A stretch of DNA of 64,000 bases from Dimorphilus gyrociliatus (Eukaryota; Animalia; Annelida), in NCBI GenBank assembly GCA_904063045.1, contig CAJFCJ010000007.1, forward strand, positions 3,665,404-3,729,403, in the 5' to 3' direction. The position numbers were made by a program, and so were the translations under genes. The notes beneath the pieces are model-generated. The model searched no databases and was not told the origin of the DNA. It worked only from the letters and a program-made list of their open reading frames with translations. This document shows positions 12,033 to 27,747 of this stretch, piece after piece; position 1 is the first letter of the stretch; every line of letters begins with the position of its first letter.

Positions 12033-14331
12033 ATTTGTTATAATAAAAAGCTAGCTCTTTTAGGCAGCTAATTTATACCTAAAGGCGTCTCTAAAATATA
12101 TGTAATGGCTAAAATATACAGTATATATTTTATACGGACATTTCTAAAGCCTTCTCCAAAAGCATGCACAGCAGCCACGCAAATACACAAACAAACACAC
12201 ATAAAATGTATTTGGGCTGATTCGAAAAAGGTTCTGGATAATTCAATAGAACTTATGTGACGTAACAATTGCCTAAAGCTTGGAATATTTTCTAGCAAAT
12301 ATTCAATATGTACTTCAATTCGTACGACTCTTAACCTTCTCGAAAGTCTTTCATCAACTTTTTAAGGGAAATTTCTCTCGACATGTCGATTTTATTATTG
12401 TTTGATTCCAAAGATTCCATAAATCTCCAGGGTATTTGCGTATTCCTTTATGTAAAAATAACAAGAAAATTTTCTATTGACTCCAATATAATAAGCTGCA
12501 TTTTATTATCGCTTAGCCTCTTTATGGCTTCACCTTGAAACTAAATAAATTATACGCTTATCATCGTCTAATTCGATGAAATTTTCACCTATTCTTAACA
12601 TCTATTTTGATCTCATTTAATTTCTATATATAAACCGATTATCCCCCTCAAACAACGTTACATTAAAGTCTAAAATTACTCTCTAGCAGTTCTAGAAGTT
12701 TTTCGTAATCCTCTCTTTACAGACAAAGTTTAATTAAACTTGCTAAGAGAATTACTGACCCTTTTCTTTCTTTTTCTCTTTCTTGTCACCTTCTCCCATA
12801 CTTTGTTCCTACCTCCCCTCCCCCTGCCTCCTTCATTCCTCTCTTTCTCCTTCTCTTTCCCTTTCTACTTTTCTATTTAATTCCTTCCCTTATTCTTTTA
12901 TATTTTATAGGGATTATATTTTCTATTTTCTTTGTACTTCCTTTTTTGTTGGCGGAGAACATACTACGCCATCTGTTATGTTAAACACGTACTATTATTG
13001 TTATATAAATAATTCAAGAAAAGCATTTAGATTAATGAATGAGATCCATCAGATGTTTACTCTTTATTGTGAAATGCGTTCATACAAAAGACGGGTAATA
13101 GAACATTTCCCTATGACTTTTCTCAAAGAACATCCTACTCTTTTCAGCGAATGTGTGTATTGTATTGAATACACTTGAAAAGAAACAAGTAATCTTCTTT
13201 GAACCCTTTTCCTCCCATTCCTTCCTTTATTCTTTTCTCTTTTCAGTTAGATTTCTTTAATGCAATACTAAAAAGAAAGGTGGATAAACAAGCTTTCATT
13301 AATCAAACAATGACTGTTACTTTCAATAGATTTTATATTTATAGGCATTTTCCTTGTAAATTTCAATCGATATAATCCTAGATGTGCATCTTTTGTTCTT
13401 TTCATTTGTACTTACTTATATGAAGATCTTACCTGAAAAATATACTCTTACATCGCCCAAACAGATCTTTTATTGAAAGCCTGTTGAAATTGAAATATTT
13501 ACTTACACGCGAAAGAAATCAAGATCATCTGGAACTATTTTTCTTCTAGATGCAAAAAAGGAAATAGAAACAATCCTACTAGCTATCAATTTCTAGATAA
13601 CTATAGAAACTGAAATTCATTATGACTACAAAGTGCCATAACAAATAAGCTAGAAGGTTTTATTAAAGATCAGACCTAGAAATTAAAGTCGGCAGAAAGG
13701 TAGATAAAAGAGTACTATATAGTTGTGTAATATTTAAAAACTGCCTAATAGATCTTTTTCTCTATTTTCTCTTTTTTCAAACAATCTTTTGTTTTTTATA
13801 ATTCCGCTTCTTTTAATCCATATTTAGTAATTCTATTATGAAAGATGTTATTAATAACTTTTGTTTGATGTCTCTATTTGCATGACTAATATGGGGAAAT
13901 TATGTATATACCAAACCGAATAAAGTCGAGTATATATAAAAATTATATAGATTATTTACACCATAGATGTTAAAAACATACAAAACTATAAATAATCATG
14001 TTTTTCAAATAAAAACTACTTCATCAGCAAAAAAAAGGCTCTCTTTTAACATGAAACGAAAAGATTCCTTCCGTTAACTTCCGTTGTTTATAATAGAGAA
14101 AAACAACCTATAGATTAGTGTATATATATGAAAAAAGCTATAGTATATTAACTTTCATAATAAATACATATTGCTTAGTAATGTTCAATTGTATAAACCA
14201 ATTATAATGACTTTTGTTATAAAGAAAATGATTCCAAAGCTTATATTGGCCTACAAAATGCATTACTTAAACCTTCTATGTGAAATAGAAATAGGAAACG
14301 ATAGGATCTAGCTTTATTTTGCCGATTATCT

Positions 14332-14507
14332 TTCACGTATTTTAATAAAGACTTTATCAGGAATTATGTGAACGAACGTGAAGCTTAAATAACGTGAAAA
14401 AACGTGAATTAACGTGAATATATGGGAATAGCTAGCAACCAATTATCGCTTACTATTTCCCCTTCACATTTTCACATTTTCACATGTCATTAATGTATAT
14501 TCACGTG
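14332..14507. promoter_or_regulatory. Cluster of ACGTGAA/TTCAC motifs upstream of the BCL11-like gene
   Basis: AACGTGAA at 14375, 14391, 14401 and 14411; the reverse form TTCACGT at 14332 and 14500; TTCACA three times at 14463-14484. Confidence 0.45.
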
Positions 14508-14603
14508 TCGCGTTATGTGAGGTAGAAAGTGTGCAAATCAGACTCACATTTTCTTATAACCTGATAAGTAGGAGTCGCTATTTTCATTAAAATTTAGCAA
14601 ATT

Positions 14604-16325
14604 ATGGAGGTTTTGGCTGCACAAGGTCAGTAATTCATAACATATATATTATATAAAGTCAAACTCTACTGAAAGTTGATGAAATCATTAAATGTTATAA
14701 ATGATTTTTATATTTTTTGCAAAGTTTTTGTTATAGAGTAGGCTGAGTTTTCACAATTCGAATCGCATTTTCAGCAAAGTGTGATTTGTTTCTATTTTTA
14801 ACAACTATAGATAAGATAATAATAGTTTTTAACGTTTTTTCCTTAAACAATACCCTCTTCTGTTAAAAATTATGACTGGTAGGATCTTATATATATTTTT
14901 ATAACTAAATCTGCTTTACGAATTAAGGAGATTAATAAAATAAATAGGCAATTTGCTTAATTTTATTATAGTTTTATAGGATTGAATTGACAATGTAGGT
15001 CTTTCGTTTCAACTACTACAAGTTATAATACTTTTAGCAGATTACCTCGTATGCGGAGTTTGTCAAACCAGCTTCTTCCTAAGTGATATGGCCTATTTTA
15101 TCAATCATAAACGCTTCGATTGCGATAATAAGGAAAACGCTCAAAAAAATCTACAATGTTCAACTTGTTTGAAAAGTTTTCAATCTCCATGGTCCTTACT
15201 AAAACACATTCAGAATGCTCATAATCTTCAAGTATATTACGAAGGAATGGATAGTCTGACTACGGATAACGTACAACAGACTGTAAAAACTCATAATAAT
15301 GCCATGAAAGATATAATTGAAGAAGCTGTTAGTAGTTCAATACAGTCTCTAACAAACTCGTCTGTGGCTACATCATCTACTATTCAACAACCAATATCTA
15401 ATACTAACCAGGAGAAAGTTCAGGAGAGTGGAAATTGTAAATGTAAAACTGCAGAAAAAGTTGATTGTAAATGCTGCGAGAGCAATACTGTAACTACCAC
15501 AGCAGAGTCTCCAAAATCAGTAACGGAGGAAGTGGATATTAATTCAAAAGTATCTTGTTTGAGAGTTACGTGTTGCTGCTCAGAAAATGGTAAATGCCAA
15601 ATTGATACGGTTATGCAGAAATGTTGCTCATCAATCGTTCCAAAGAAAAGACCAAGGCATTTTATGAAACATCTAGAGGAAAGACAGCAAAACGAGAAGG
15701 AATCAACGGGCATAAAAATAACCGCTCCCGAACATGATGAACTATCACTAACTACAAAAGATACTCAAATAATAGACATAAACAGGTGAGCAATAGTAAT
15801 GAGCAATAAATTAATAATTATATGAAACAAAGTAAATTATTTCAATTATTAGTGTAAGTACGAAAAAGAAGAAATTAAATGGGAATAAAGCATTTATGTG
15901 CGAAGTGTGTGGTGAAGGTTTCAATCAGCGCATCCATTTAAAGAAGCACATGAGCAAGCATACCGGAATAAAACCCTACAAATGCGATCAGTGCAACTAT
16001 GCAACAGTCGAACGAAGCCATTTAAAAGTTCATAACAGGATTCATACAGGTAAGATAAAATTTAATTACTTTCATTACAGTCTTAATTAACCTAGTTTTT
16101 ATTTGTCTCTTTCTTTAAGGTGAAAAACCATTTAAATGTAACCTTTGCGATTATGCAACCGCTCAAAACTCAACTTTAAAAATTCATATGAAGAGACATC
16201 ATAGTCAAGCAGAAACGAATATAACTTCAAACGAAAATCATCAACAGCAGTCAATTACTATGTCTCAAGATTCAGACTCGTTGGAAGATCTATTAATGCT
16301 TTCCGCTTCCCTTTTACCAGCCTAA
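14604..16325 (+). CDS. BCL11: BCL11-like C2HC/C2H2 zinc-finger transcription factor
   Basis: Exons 14604-14625, 15041-15785 (NAGNAG acceptor), 15853-16049, 16120-16325. The N-terminal C2HC finger [28 protein letters not shown] and the finger [28 protein letters not shown] match BCL11A/B ZnF0 and ZnF1. Three C-terminal C2H2 fingers have TGIKPY/TGEKPF linkers. Strict orthology is uncertain because it has fewer fingers than canonical BCL11. Confidence 0.75.
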
Positions 16326-17177
16326 TTTCATAATTATTTCAAATAGATAATTCAACATTAAGATTTTGTCATTAATATTTTTGAAAAGTTTAAAAAACTA
16401 ATTTAATTTGAAATTTTAATATTTTTATTAAAAAATTTATTTTTGATTCTAAATTGAAATTGAAAGAAAAAAAAAGAAACACTCTATCAAATTGACTTTT
16501 TCTCTAAATTTAATTATTTATAAGGTTAAAGAATAAAGAATAAGTGAGAGGGAAAGATTGACTGACATTCTTAATATATACCGTAAATCTATTGAAAGTA
16601 AAAAAGAAAAACGTTAAGCAAATAAACGTTTTGCAGTCTGAATGCCAGAAGAAATTGTACAGCTAAAATAATAAAAATATTTACGTTCGTTTAGGGTACA
16701 AGATAGCGGGAAGAAAAAAATACCTCATGTACGCATATGAACCAAAATATCTCTTATCTTCATCTTTTCCAAACGTTCTTTCCCTTCATTATTTCTCTTC
16801 CTTTAAAAGTAAAACATTAATAAACGTATAGCATTAAACTTCTCCCTTAAGGTGGTTCTTTGAAATTCAAAGTGTTTAATACAAATATATTACCAAATAT
16901 CTAAATTAGTTCTTAGAAAAACGCTTAAAATTCGCTTTTATTCTTCTCGCCTATTGGAAAATGTTCTTTTTTAGTCTTTTTATAGAACGTTTTTATACTA
17001 TAATGTTCTCGTGTAAAAAGAAATAGAACGTGAAGAGATAAAGATTTTTTTCTTGAGGTAATTAATTTAATCATTTTAGAGATTCATTTTAAGAATTTCC
17101 TCTTAAATAATTAATGTGGAAATAACTCTTCTCCCAACCTCTTAAAATTAGCAAAATGAGTGGGAATTTATTGTGTG

Positions 17178-17191
17178 GTTTCTATGACAAC
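17178..17191 (+). promoter_or_regulatory. RFX X-box upstream of PPP1R42
   Basis: GTTTCTATGACAAC fits the X-box consensus GTHNYY-AT-RRNAAC exactly. It lies shortly upstream of a non-coding exon whose donor (acg|gtaag) is near 17411. Confidence 0.7.
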
Positions 17192-17655
17192 CAGATACAA
17201 CAAAGATAATAATTTTTGGTAGTTTATTGGAACTATGTCACACGAATTAGATTGTATTTTCAATGTAATTTGGGCGTCTTTTTAATTTAATACTGTTTTA
17301 TCAAACAACACATTCTCCCACGCAAGTAAAAATTAAAAGGATCACTTAAACATACGTCATAAAGTTGAATTTTTATTTATCAACAATTTGATAATCTTTC
17401 ATTAAAGTATACGGTAAGAATTTTAATATTTTTTTCGTTATATATACTTATATATATGAAAGAATTATTATTCGATTTTTAAAAAAATGATAGTATCTTT
17501 CTAATTTCAACAGGTATTTTTTAATCGTTTTCTATAGTCTATTCGGCATGATCATACATGCTATTCATTAAAACATTTCTACAATTTTAACAATGTAACT
17601 CTTTATTTTCAAACGTTTAAATGTAACTTTTCAACTTTTTAGAATGAATTAAAGA

Positions 17656-20159
<2,504 letters not shown>

Positions 20160-22925
20160 GCAGGTGTTGCTGCCTTTTTAAAAGATGTTTCCTGTATATT
20201 TTTACTTTTTATCGTTTATTGTTTTTAATTTCTTGTTTAGAGAATTCTTTATTTTTTACCTATTCTATACCTCTTTTGTTTAATAAATACCCCCTTATTT
20301 TTACAGAAGTTCTCAACCTAGATGGCCTAAATCTTTACCCCCACTAAATATGGATTAAATATTTTAAATTCCGTTGTAATTAGTTTTTTTAATCATTTTA
20401 AAAAGCTTATTTTTATTTTATGAAAAACCCAGTAATCATGCTTGATTGAAGATGATTTTTTTTATCACATCATTACTCTCTTTGTTACCACTCCTGCTAC
20501 TATTATGATCTTTTTTATGTACTATTGCATATAAATAATAATGGATATCTATATATCTATATACACGTGTGTTCATATAGATATATTAATATATATGGAT
20601 GTAGAAAGAGAGAGAGAGATACATCTTTTTTTTGCTTTGATTCAAAAAAAAAGAAGAAAAGAAAGAGAAAAGAAATTGTAGATAAGATAAAACTTTTCTT
20701 AAGAATAAGGTTTTTTATTTTTGATCTATTCATTAAAAAACTTGACCCACTTTTTCCCTACTTTTTTATTGTTATAAAATTGAAAGTAATAAAGAAAGAG
20801 AGAGAGAGAGAGAGAATGAAGAAAAAAGAAACACACAAAATTTAATAATCCTTTAGATAAACTTAATAAAGAATATTGAAAAATTTAACAAAGAGTTGTG
20901 AAAATTGTCAAAATAGATAAAACTATAAGCAAGAGATTAGTTTTACTAACAAAACATATGTTTTAATTATTAGAAATTAATGAAAAAATTAAGAAAAGAT
21001 TTATCTTATCATCATTTATGATTCTCTCTTTTTTCATCTTAATTTAATCAAAATCTTTAAATATTATTTTACTAATTCAATATTTTAATAAATATTTAGA
21101 TACAAGAATACCATGGGAACTTATTTTCACGATGATAATAGTAATCCGGTTTCGGCGGAAATATTTAAAACTACACAAGATAGCTTACCTTCCACAGTTA
21201 CCATCACTTTGGAATAGATGCCATCTTAATAGTTGTATTACTAATCGTTATTTTTTTTAAATATGTATGCTATTATATATATATATATATTCATTGTTTT
21301 CCATACTATGCTGAGTGATAATTAAAACTAATAGGCAGAGATTAAGAGAGAAGGAGAGTAAGGGGGAGAAGTGAAAGAGATTGATAGATAGATTGAGAGG
21401 TAAAGAAGGTAGTACTTCTTTATTTTTCTTATTCCATCCAAATATACATTGTGATATTTTACAACGTAATAAAATATCCATCTAACTCTCCTCCCTTCTT
21501 AATTTCACTCATGCTGAGAATTACAATCATTTTTTTGACTAGGCTAAAAAAACTTATAATTTTCAATTTTGTATTCTTATTAAGAAACAAAAGAAGCATA
21601 ATCATAAATAAGTCTACCACGATTGTTTACAATATTGAAGCAAGTATTTGTTTATTAATGATTTATTATTAATAATAATAATAATTTTAAAAAAAATGTT
21701 CACTTGTTTTATTTTTAACTAAGAGGAAACGTGAACTTGTCAGATGGCAAAATTGTCCACTAATGTTTTAAATATTTTCCTTTCTTTTCTCTTTATCTTA
21801 TTATGTAGTCAGCAGAAAAGTAGTGCTTAGGAAAAAGTTATCTTTATAGATATCCTATGACAAAAGGTCGTATGGCTCTTTTTCAAATAGTACGTAAAAG
21901 TGATAAAACCACTTAAAATTAACCTATAGATTATTTATTAATTATAATGATAGAATTGAGAAAATAGAGAAAGAGAGATAGATAGATAGATAGAAGAATT
22001 AAAAGGATAGTAAAAAACCGAGATTAATCAGTTTTACAGTTACCCAAAGTTCAAATGTCTCCACAGTGTGTTTCTAATTTTAAAGTTCTGAATGGAATGT
22101 TTTTGTGATGTCCTTAAGGAATTTATGTATTTGCTATCATGAGAATATTATTGAAAGAAAAAGTTTGAGGCTATAGATTAGCTAAATGTACGAGGTTAGC
22201 GTGAGAATAGCGTGAATGTTCTGCTTCGTGAGTTACGGGGTGGGGGTAAACGATATTCTTTAAATAATGGTATAGTGATTTTGTTGTACCCCTATATCAA
22301 TCAGGGGGAAGTGATAGGGCGTAGGTGACGCCACTCATGTGTATAATAATACAACTGAAATCTCTTCCTTTCAACTCCAACCTTACCCTTTTCCACCCCT
22401 ACACCAATCCTATTTTTTCTTTTTTTAAACTAAGCTCATTACAATCTAACGACATCTGTAGTTGAAATTGGCGATTAGGCTAATAAACACATGTAAATTA
22501 CACGCACGCATGCACGTACAATTGAATAGAGTATACAATCGTCTAAGCAGGCCCAAAGAGAGCCAAGCAAATGCTTTCGATTGGCGATCGTTCTGGAAGT
22601 AATGAAGAATCTTATCTAGGCGCCAGTTGTCAACCTTTTCCAGATGTTGCAAACTCCTCTACGCCTAATGCTTTCCACCTGCCGCCCAAACATTCGTTAG
22701 CGCCGTTCGGCTCAGTTTGCATCTTTTTCGCCGCCGCTGAGTACGCAACATCTGTCGCTTATAGTGAACAATTAAAAATTCACACACATCTACACTAACA
22801 TCATAAGAGAACCGATGAGAATTTTAACAAATGTCCGTTTTTGTAATAAATATGTTCCGTATATATATTTATATATATTATAGCTATACTTATTTCTATA
22901 TATATATACAGTATATGCATATACA

Positions 22926-22926
<1 letters not shown>

Positions 22927-22969
<43 letters not shown>
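22927..22969. repeat. (TA)n microsatellite
   Basis: Pure TA run. Confidence 0.95.
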
Positions 22970-22971
<2 letters not shown>

Positions 22972-23639
22972 CTACATTTATATATGTAATTAATACAAAT
23001 TGTACATATATATATATATATATATTAATGACGTACAAATATACATAAGGTTTATCAGTAAATGCTCCACTCTTCGGTATTGCGTAATTAAAATTTGTAA
23101 ACAAAAACAACTTCAGTGATCATATACTACCGAACAGATGTATTTAATGTAGAATAGTTTTTTTAGTGCTTTTATTACCAAGTGTTGTACTTTTAAAAAT
23201 TTGCCCTATCATATGAAAATTGCGTCAGAGTTACAAGCCTGTTTTCGAGTGTTATCCACGACAGGACAACGACGCCGCTTAAACGATTCGACGCCCCAAC
23301 GCAGCTGCCGTAGACGGCGCGCGTCATTCGCACGACTTAACGGAAAATAGTATATATGGTTTGTTTTACCATTCTTGTCCTTTTCCCTCTATCTATCTCT
23401 CTAGCTATCCAGCTATCTATCTATCTATCTATCTTCTTTTACAAATGGTCGGTGTGTTCCTAGCGTGAAGAATTCAATAGTTTCTGCTATAAAATAAATA
23501 TATTCGCATATGGATTTAACGTTTATAATTTTTATTCACGTCCTTGTTCACGAGTACGTACTTTAAAAATGTATACATGCACATCTGTACTATATACCCA
23601 CATAAATAGTTATTTATACGAATATAGTACATGCTTACA

Positions 23640-23644
<5 letters not shown>

Positions 23645-23678
<34 letters not shown>

Positions 23679-23769
23679 AGTATATATTATATACACTATA
23701 TGCATGTACAGAAAATTTTGGATATATGTATGCACAGTCAATAGGTATTTTGTAACATACATATATACT

Positions 23770-23845
<76 letters not shown>
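23645..23845. repeat. Cluster of (TA)n microsatellites
   Basis: TA runs at about 23645-23675 and 23773-23845. Confidence 0.9.
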
Positions 23846-23847
<2 letters not shown>

Positions 23848-24130
23848 CTTATACGAATATAAACTTAAATATTATATAATTGTAAAACATCAGGTTACTT
23901 TTAAACCAGATCTAAAGCACAAGCCGCGCGACATCTATACGCTATGCATATGTATATATAAACATTTCGATATACATAAATATATATATATACATATTCA
24001 TCTTGCCTTTTTCCTTTACATAAACCGAGACGGTATATAATAACAATATCACAGATTCAACAGAAAAAGAAAACAAACCGAAAATGGGTAGGGCGAGGGT
24101 CGTCATGGGAGAAGGGCAGGGCAAGGACTA

Positions 24131-24159
24131 GAAGAAGAAGAAGAAGAAGAAGAAGAAGA
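24131..24159. repeat. (GAA)n trinucleotide repeat just 3' of the nervy stop
   Basis: A run of gaagaa... about 50 nt downstream of the minus-strand stop at 24209. Confidence 0.9.
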
Positions 24160-24208
24160 TAAAGAAGAAATAGAAGGAAGGAGTGAAGTTAAGATGATAT
24201 ATCCATCG

Positions 24209-25863
24209 TTATTCAACAGCGCTAGATGGCGTGGGACTCGATGTCCTCGACTTAGGACGAGGCGTTTGAGAATCTGCTGTTGCCGATGCGATCGCCTGCG
24301 AATGTCGGGAAACGTTCGATTGTCCGCAAACTCTGTGGTGTAATTCCCAGTCTTTGTGTTGACAGAACGCACCGCAATAACGGGCAACATTGCAGCCACT
24401 GCACGTTTCACTTGCCTTTCTTCCGCAATTCCAGCAGGACTGTTGGCGAAAATCGAATCGGTTGCATTGAGTGATGTGACCTTCACCGCTTACCTCATTA
24501 GATTCTTCTTGTTGATTAAGCATGGTGAGTGCGTCTTGCGTCGCTTGTTTGCGAGCGTCGGCTAAAGCTCGTTCCAGCTTTACCCTTTCCGCGTGAACGA
24601 GTTCTGAAGCTTTGCTTTCGGCAGCCGACACTGCCTTCTGTAGTTCCGCTACCGCTTGACGTTTCACTTCGTTTACGGCCTCTTCCGCTCTTTTCTTTAC
24701 ATCAGCCACTCGCTCCTCTGTCTGCCTGAGTATCAGAGGATCGACCGTCTTCTTATCGATATCCGATCGTCGGAGCCATGCAAAGAGATCTTCTCTCTCT
24801 CTGTTAACTCTTTCTTGAAGGCCAGAGACCGCTCGTTTTGTCTTATCGACCATATCGGAGAGGCAATGTAGCATGTGCTCAACATGCTTGAACTCATCTT
24901 CGAAAATGTCGTGGCGGGCGTTGGCGAAGAGGGTATCTGTACAGGGGTGATGTCGAAACGCTTATCACTTATTCATAGTAACAAGTTGCATTATGGTGCG
25001 CACCTGCGCCAGGTGTTGGACAGGTGTTACTAGCACCTGGCGCCCTTATGCTCTGACGTCACCGTCGAAATTCCGTCGCTGACGTCAAACACCTATACGA
25101 CACTTACTGAACGAACCCATGCGACGCTCACGTTCCACTCGCTCTCTCATCTGGCTCATTTCTCTCTCACGCAATTCCCTTGATAGACTTATGTCCTCTA
25201 GACGTATTGGTCCTCCTCCTATAGGCAAATTGATGGAAGTAGGCGATGAATTGCAGTGTCGTTTCGTCGACGGCGCTTCTTCTTTCGTCTTATCAGGCGA
25301 CGGCCGCTTGCCATTTTCGTTTAACTGTTCAACTACACTACCCTCCAGACCGTCTGAGAGAAGGACGTGATGGTGTCGAGCAAAATACTGCTGGGGCGTC
25401 TGCTTTGCTAAGGAAGCGCACTGCGCCAATTCCCTCTGCAGTAGGGGCAGGTTGGCCTGTTTTTGTTTTTCGTAATCGATTAGAAAATGCCTGCTTAAAT
25501 AATTAACAAAAATGTTCTTTTCTACTTTTTCTTTTTCTATCAATTACCTTTAAGAAAGGTATAACAAATGGTCTTAGTGGGAAATTGGTAGCCTCCTGTA
25601 GTTTGTTGTGAAATTCTTCTATGGACAGATGCGAGTTCTGTGATAATAGGGGGTATGGAGTAGGTAAATACAAAATGTGGATGTTTATACATAACTACAC
25701 ACATATATACTCTTATGCATATACAGTTATATGTATACATATATACGTATATCCATTTATGGAAATTTTCTTAGTAACTGTATCATATTTTTTATCCCAG
25801 GTATATTTTTTTATCCAGATGAAAATATACCTTTGTTATTATAGCCACTATAGTCCTATCCAC

Positions 25864-25899
<36 letters not shown>

Positions 25900-26213
25900 C
25901 TGCATATATAAATATATATTCTATTATAAGCCTACATATGAGAACGTACAACGAGAGCCAAAACGAGCGATCGAACACGCTCTCCAATTTCCGGTGAAAT
26001 ATCGCTTCCGAACTGCTGAAGGGTGGTGAGGAAGCGCTTGAGCTTGCTGAGTTGCTTAGCTCCACAAGCGGGAGGCAGCTGTTGATTAGCACTAGTCGGC
26101 TGTCCAGAGGATGACGAATGAGGCGGAGTGGGAGTTCGAGAAGGCGGACTGGAAAGAGGTCGAGAAGGCGACGACAAAACGACGGTGGCGGTGGGCGCTG
26201 GCGATTCGGGCAT
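24209..26213 (-). CDS. RUNX1T1: Nervy / MTG8-ETO (CBFA2T family) transcriptional co-repressor
   Basis: TAFH/NHR1 ([27 protein letters not shown]...[30 protein letters not shown]|[10 protein letters not shown]), NHR2 ([22 protein letters not shown]), NHR3 ([20 protein letters not shown]) and MYND finger ([37 protein letters not shown]). The ATG at 26213 follows an acceptor, so an upstream exon may exist. Confidence 0.95.
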
Positions 26214-27090
26214 GCTGTTTACAATGAAAAGATATAGCGAAAAGAAAAAAAAGAAAGAAAGAATAAAAAGAGGCCGACTTGAATAAACAGAGTTTATAGA
26301 AAGCGGGTAAATCTCTAAAATAAACGCTCACTCTCCCACTCACTCTCCCTCCCCTCTCTCTCCCTGCTTCTTCTAATTCCTATCTATTTCTGCTTCTCTC
26401 TTCTTCCTTCTGTCCCTCTCTCACCATATATACTTTTTTTATATTCATACATATATATAATATATATAGCCTCATTTTCTTTTCTCCTACCCTTTCTCTC
26501 TTCTTCTCCTCTATCGCTCTTGTTATATCTTTTCTCACACTCTTCTCGCTTGAATGATTTTCTCCTTTCTTTACAGCCTTCGAAAGCTAGACGTCTCCCG
26601 GACGACGTCGATTGATTAGACGCATTCCGTTATAGGCGTGCGTATAAGTCGAACCAGTACCCACACGGGCGCCGATTAAAGCCAGCTGCTACCACCCACA
26701 TTTTCATCGTTCGAAAACGCGGGCCTGGCGCTGCGGGCGCGTAAAAGACGTTCGATAAGCAACAACGAAAATCTCAAATCAAGGGCTACGAGAGGGAGAA
26801 AGAGGTTGCAAATTAAGAAGAGAATAAAGAATAGAACAAGAGAGAAGAAAACGGAGAAAAAAAGAAATCAAAGTATAAAAAATAAACAAAAAAAGGAAAG
26901 ATTAAGGAAAGATTAAGAAAATAAGAAGAGAGGTAATACGTACAGTCGTTCCGTGCACTTTGAGACGCGTATATTACACACACGCGTTCGATTTCGTGGA
27001 ATAGAATATCAATATCCGGTAAAGAATCGAAATATTCGAACGGAGCGGCGTTCGACAATCGTCTGCCGCGTCATGTATGGCGGCAACCAC

Positions 27091-27747
27091 CAGGTGGCGC
27101 TTTATGAAAATATTGTGAAATTCTGCCGGCGCGAGATAAGCGCGTACGTTGCCCGAGGCGTCTACTTGCCTCCGTTCGATAGCGTCTACCAGAGCACGTG
27201 TAGACGGCTGATATAAAGCAGCTGTATTATAGATCAATATATAAGCAGGTGTTTCGTGAACCACCCTTCCGCTGCCTGCCTGCAAAGTTTTTCCATTTTG
27301 CAGTTGATCGCGTGTCGTCGTGACTGGACGGAGGCCGATATGATATTCGAACACCAGCTGTGTACTCTGGCGGAGTTCGGCTCGTAAAAGAGGAAAAAAT
27401 CGAAGGGCGGCATACTTTACAAACATAAACAGGTGCTAAGCGACACATGACTAGCTCAACGCCCATCCCGCCCACCAGCTGTTGTTCAGCTGCCTTGCAT
27501 AAACTGGGAGCCTGCCAGGTGGCCATCTATTTCATTATTCAAGCCTTTCCGACGTTCGATAAAGATCTGCCGCCGTTCTCACACTAGTCCGATACGCGCG
27601 AATTAGGTGCAGGTGGCCCGTCCGCCCAACGTCTAATGGTCGACGCTAGATAGACGCAATCGGCAGATGCGTCTAAAAATCCGGAAGACTTGGCGCACGT
27701 GTTGTGGTGTTCCTGGCATTTGTTTAGCACGTGCTACGTCGCAGCTG
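27091..27747. promoter_or_regulatory. Dense E-box cluster with a Su(H)/CSL site upstream of nervy
   Basis: CAGGTG x5 (27091, 27246, 27430, 27516, 27610), CAGCTG x5 (27219, 27355, 27476, 27487, 27742), CACGTG x3 (27195, 27696, 27728), and TTCTCAC (GTGAGAA on the minus strand) at 27576-27582. Confidence 0.65.

Noticed and set aside
11771-13550. Coding-like fragments with splice-like signals on both strands (e.g. 11771-11840 +, 13019-13178 +, 12200-12420 -, 13433-13545 -)
   Set aside because: I could not build a phase-consistent model without implausibly short (26-nt) introns. A small orphan gene may exist, but the sequence alone does not support a call.
17163-17240. Three-copy ~80-bp element (also 44264-44345 and 48585-48663) as a MITE, CRISPR repeat or ncRNA family
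   Set aside because: Homology extends hundreds of bases into PPP1R42 promoter/5'UTR sequence in one copy. There are no terminal inverted repeats, target-site duplications or regular spacers, so it is a duplicated promoter.
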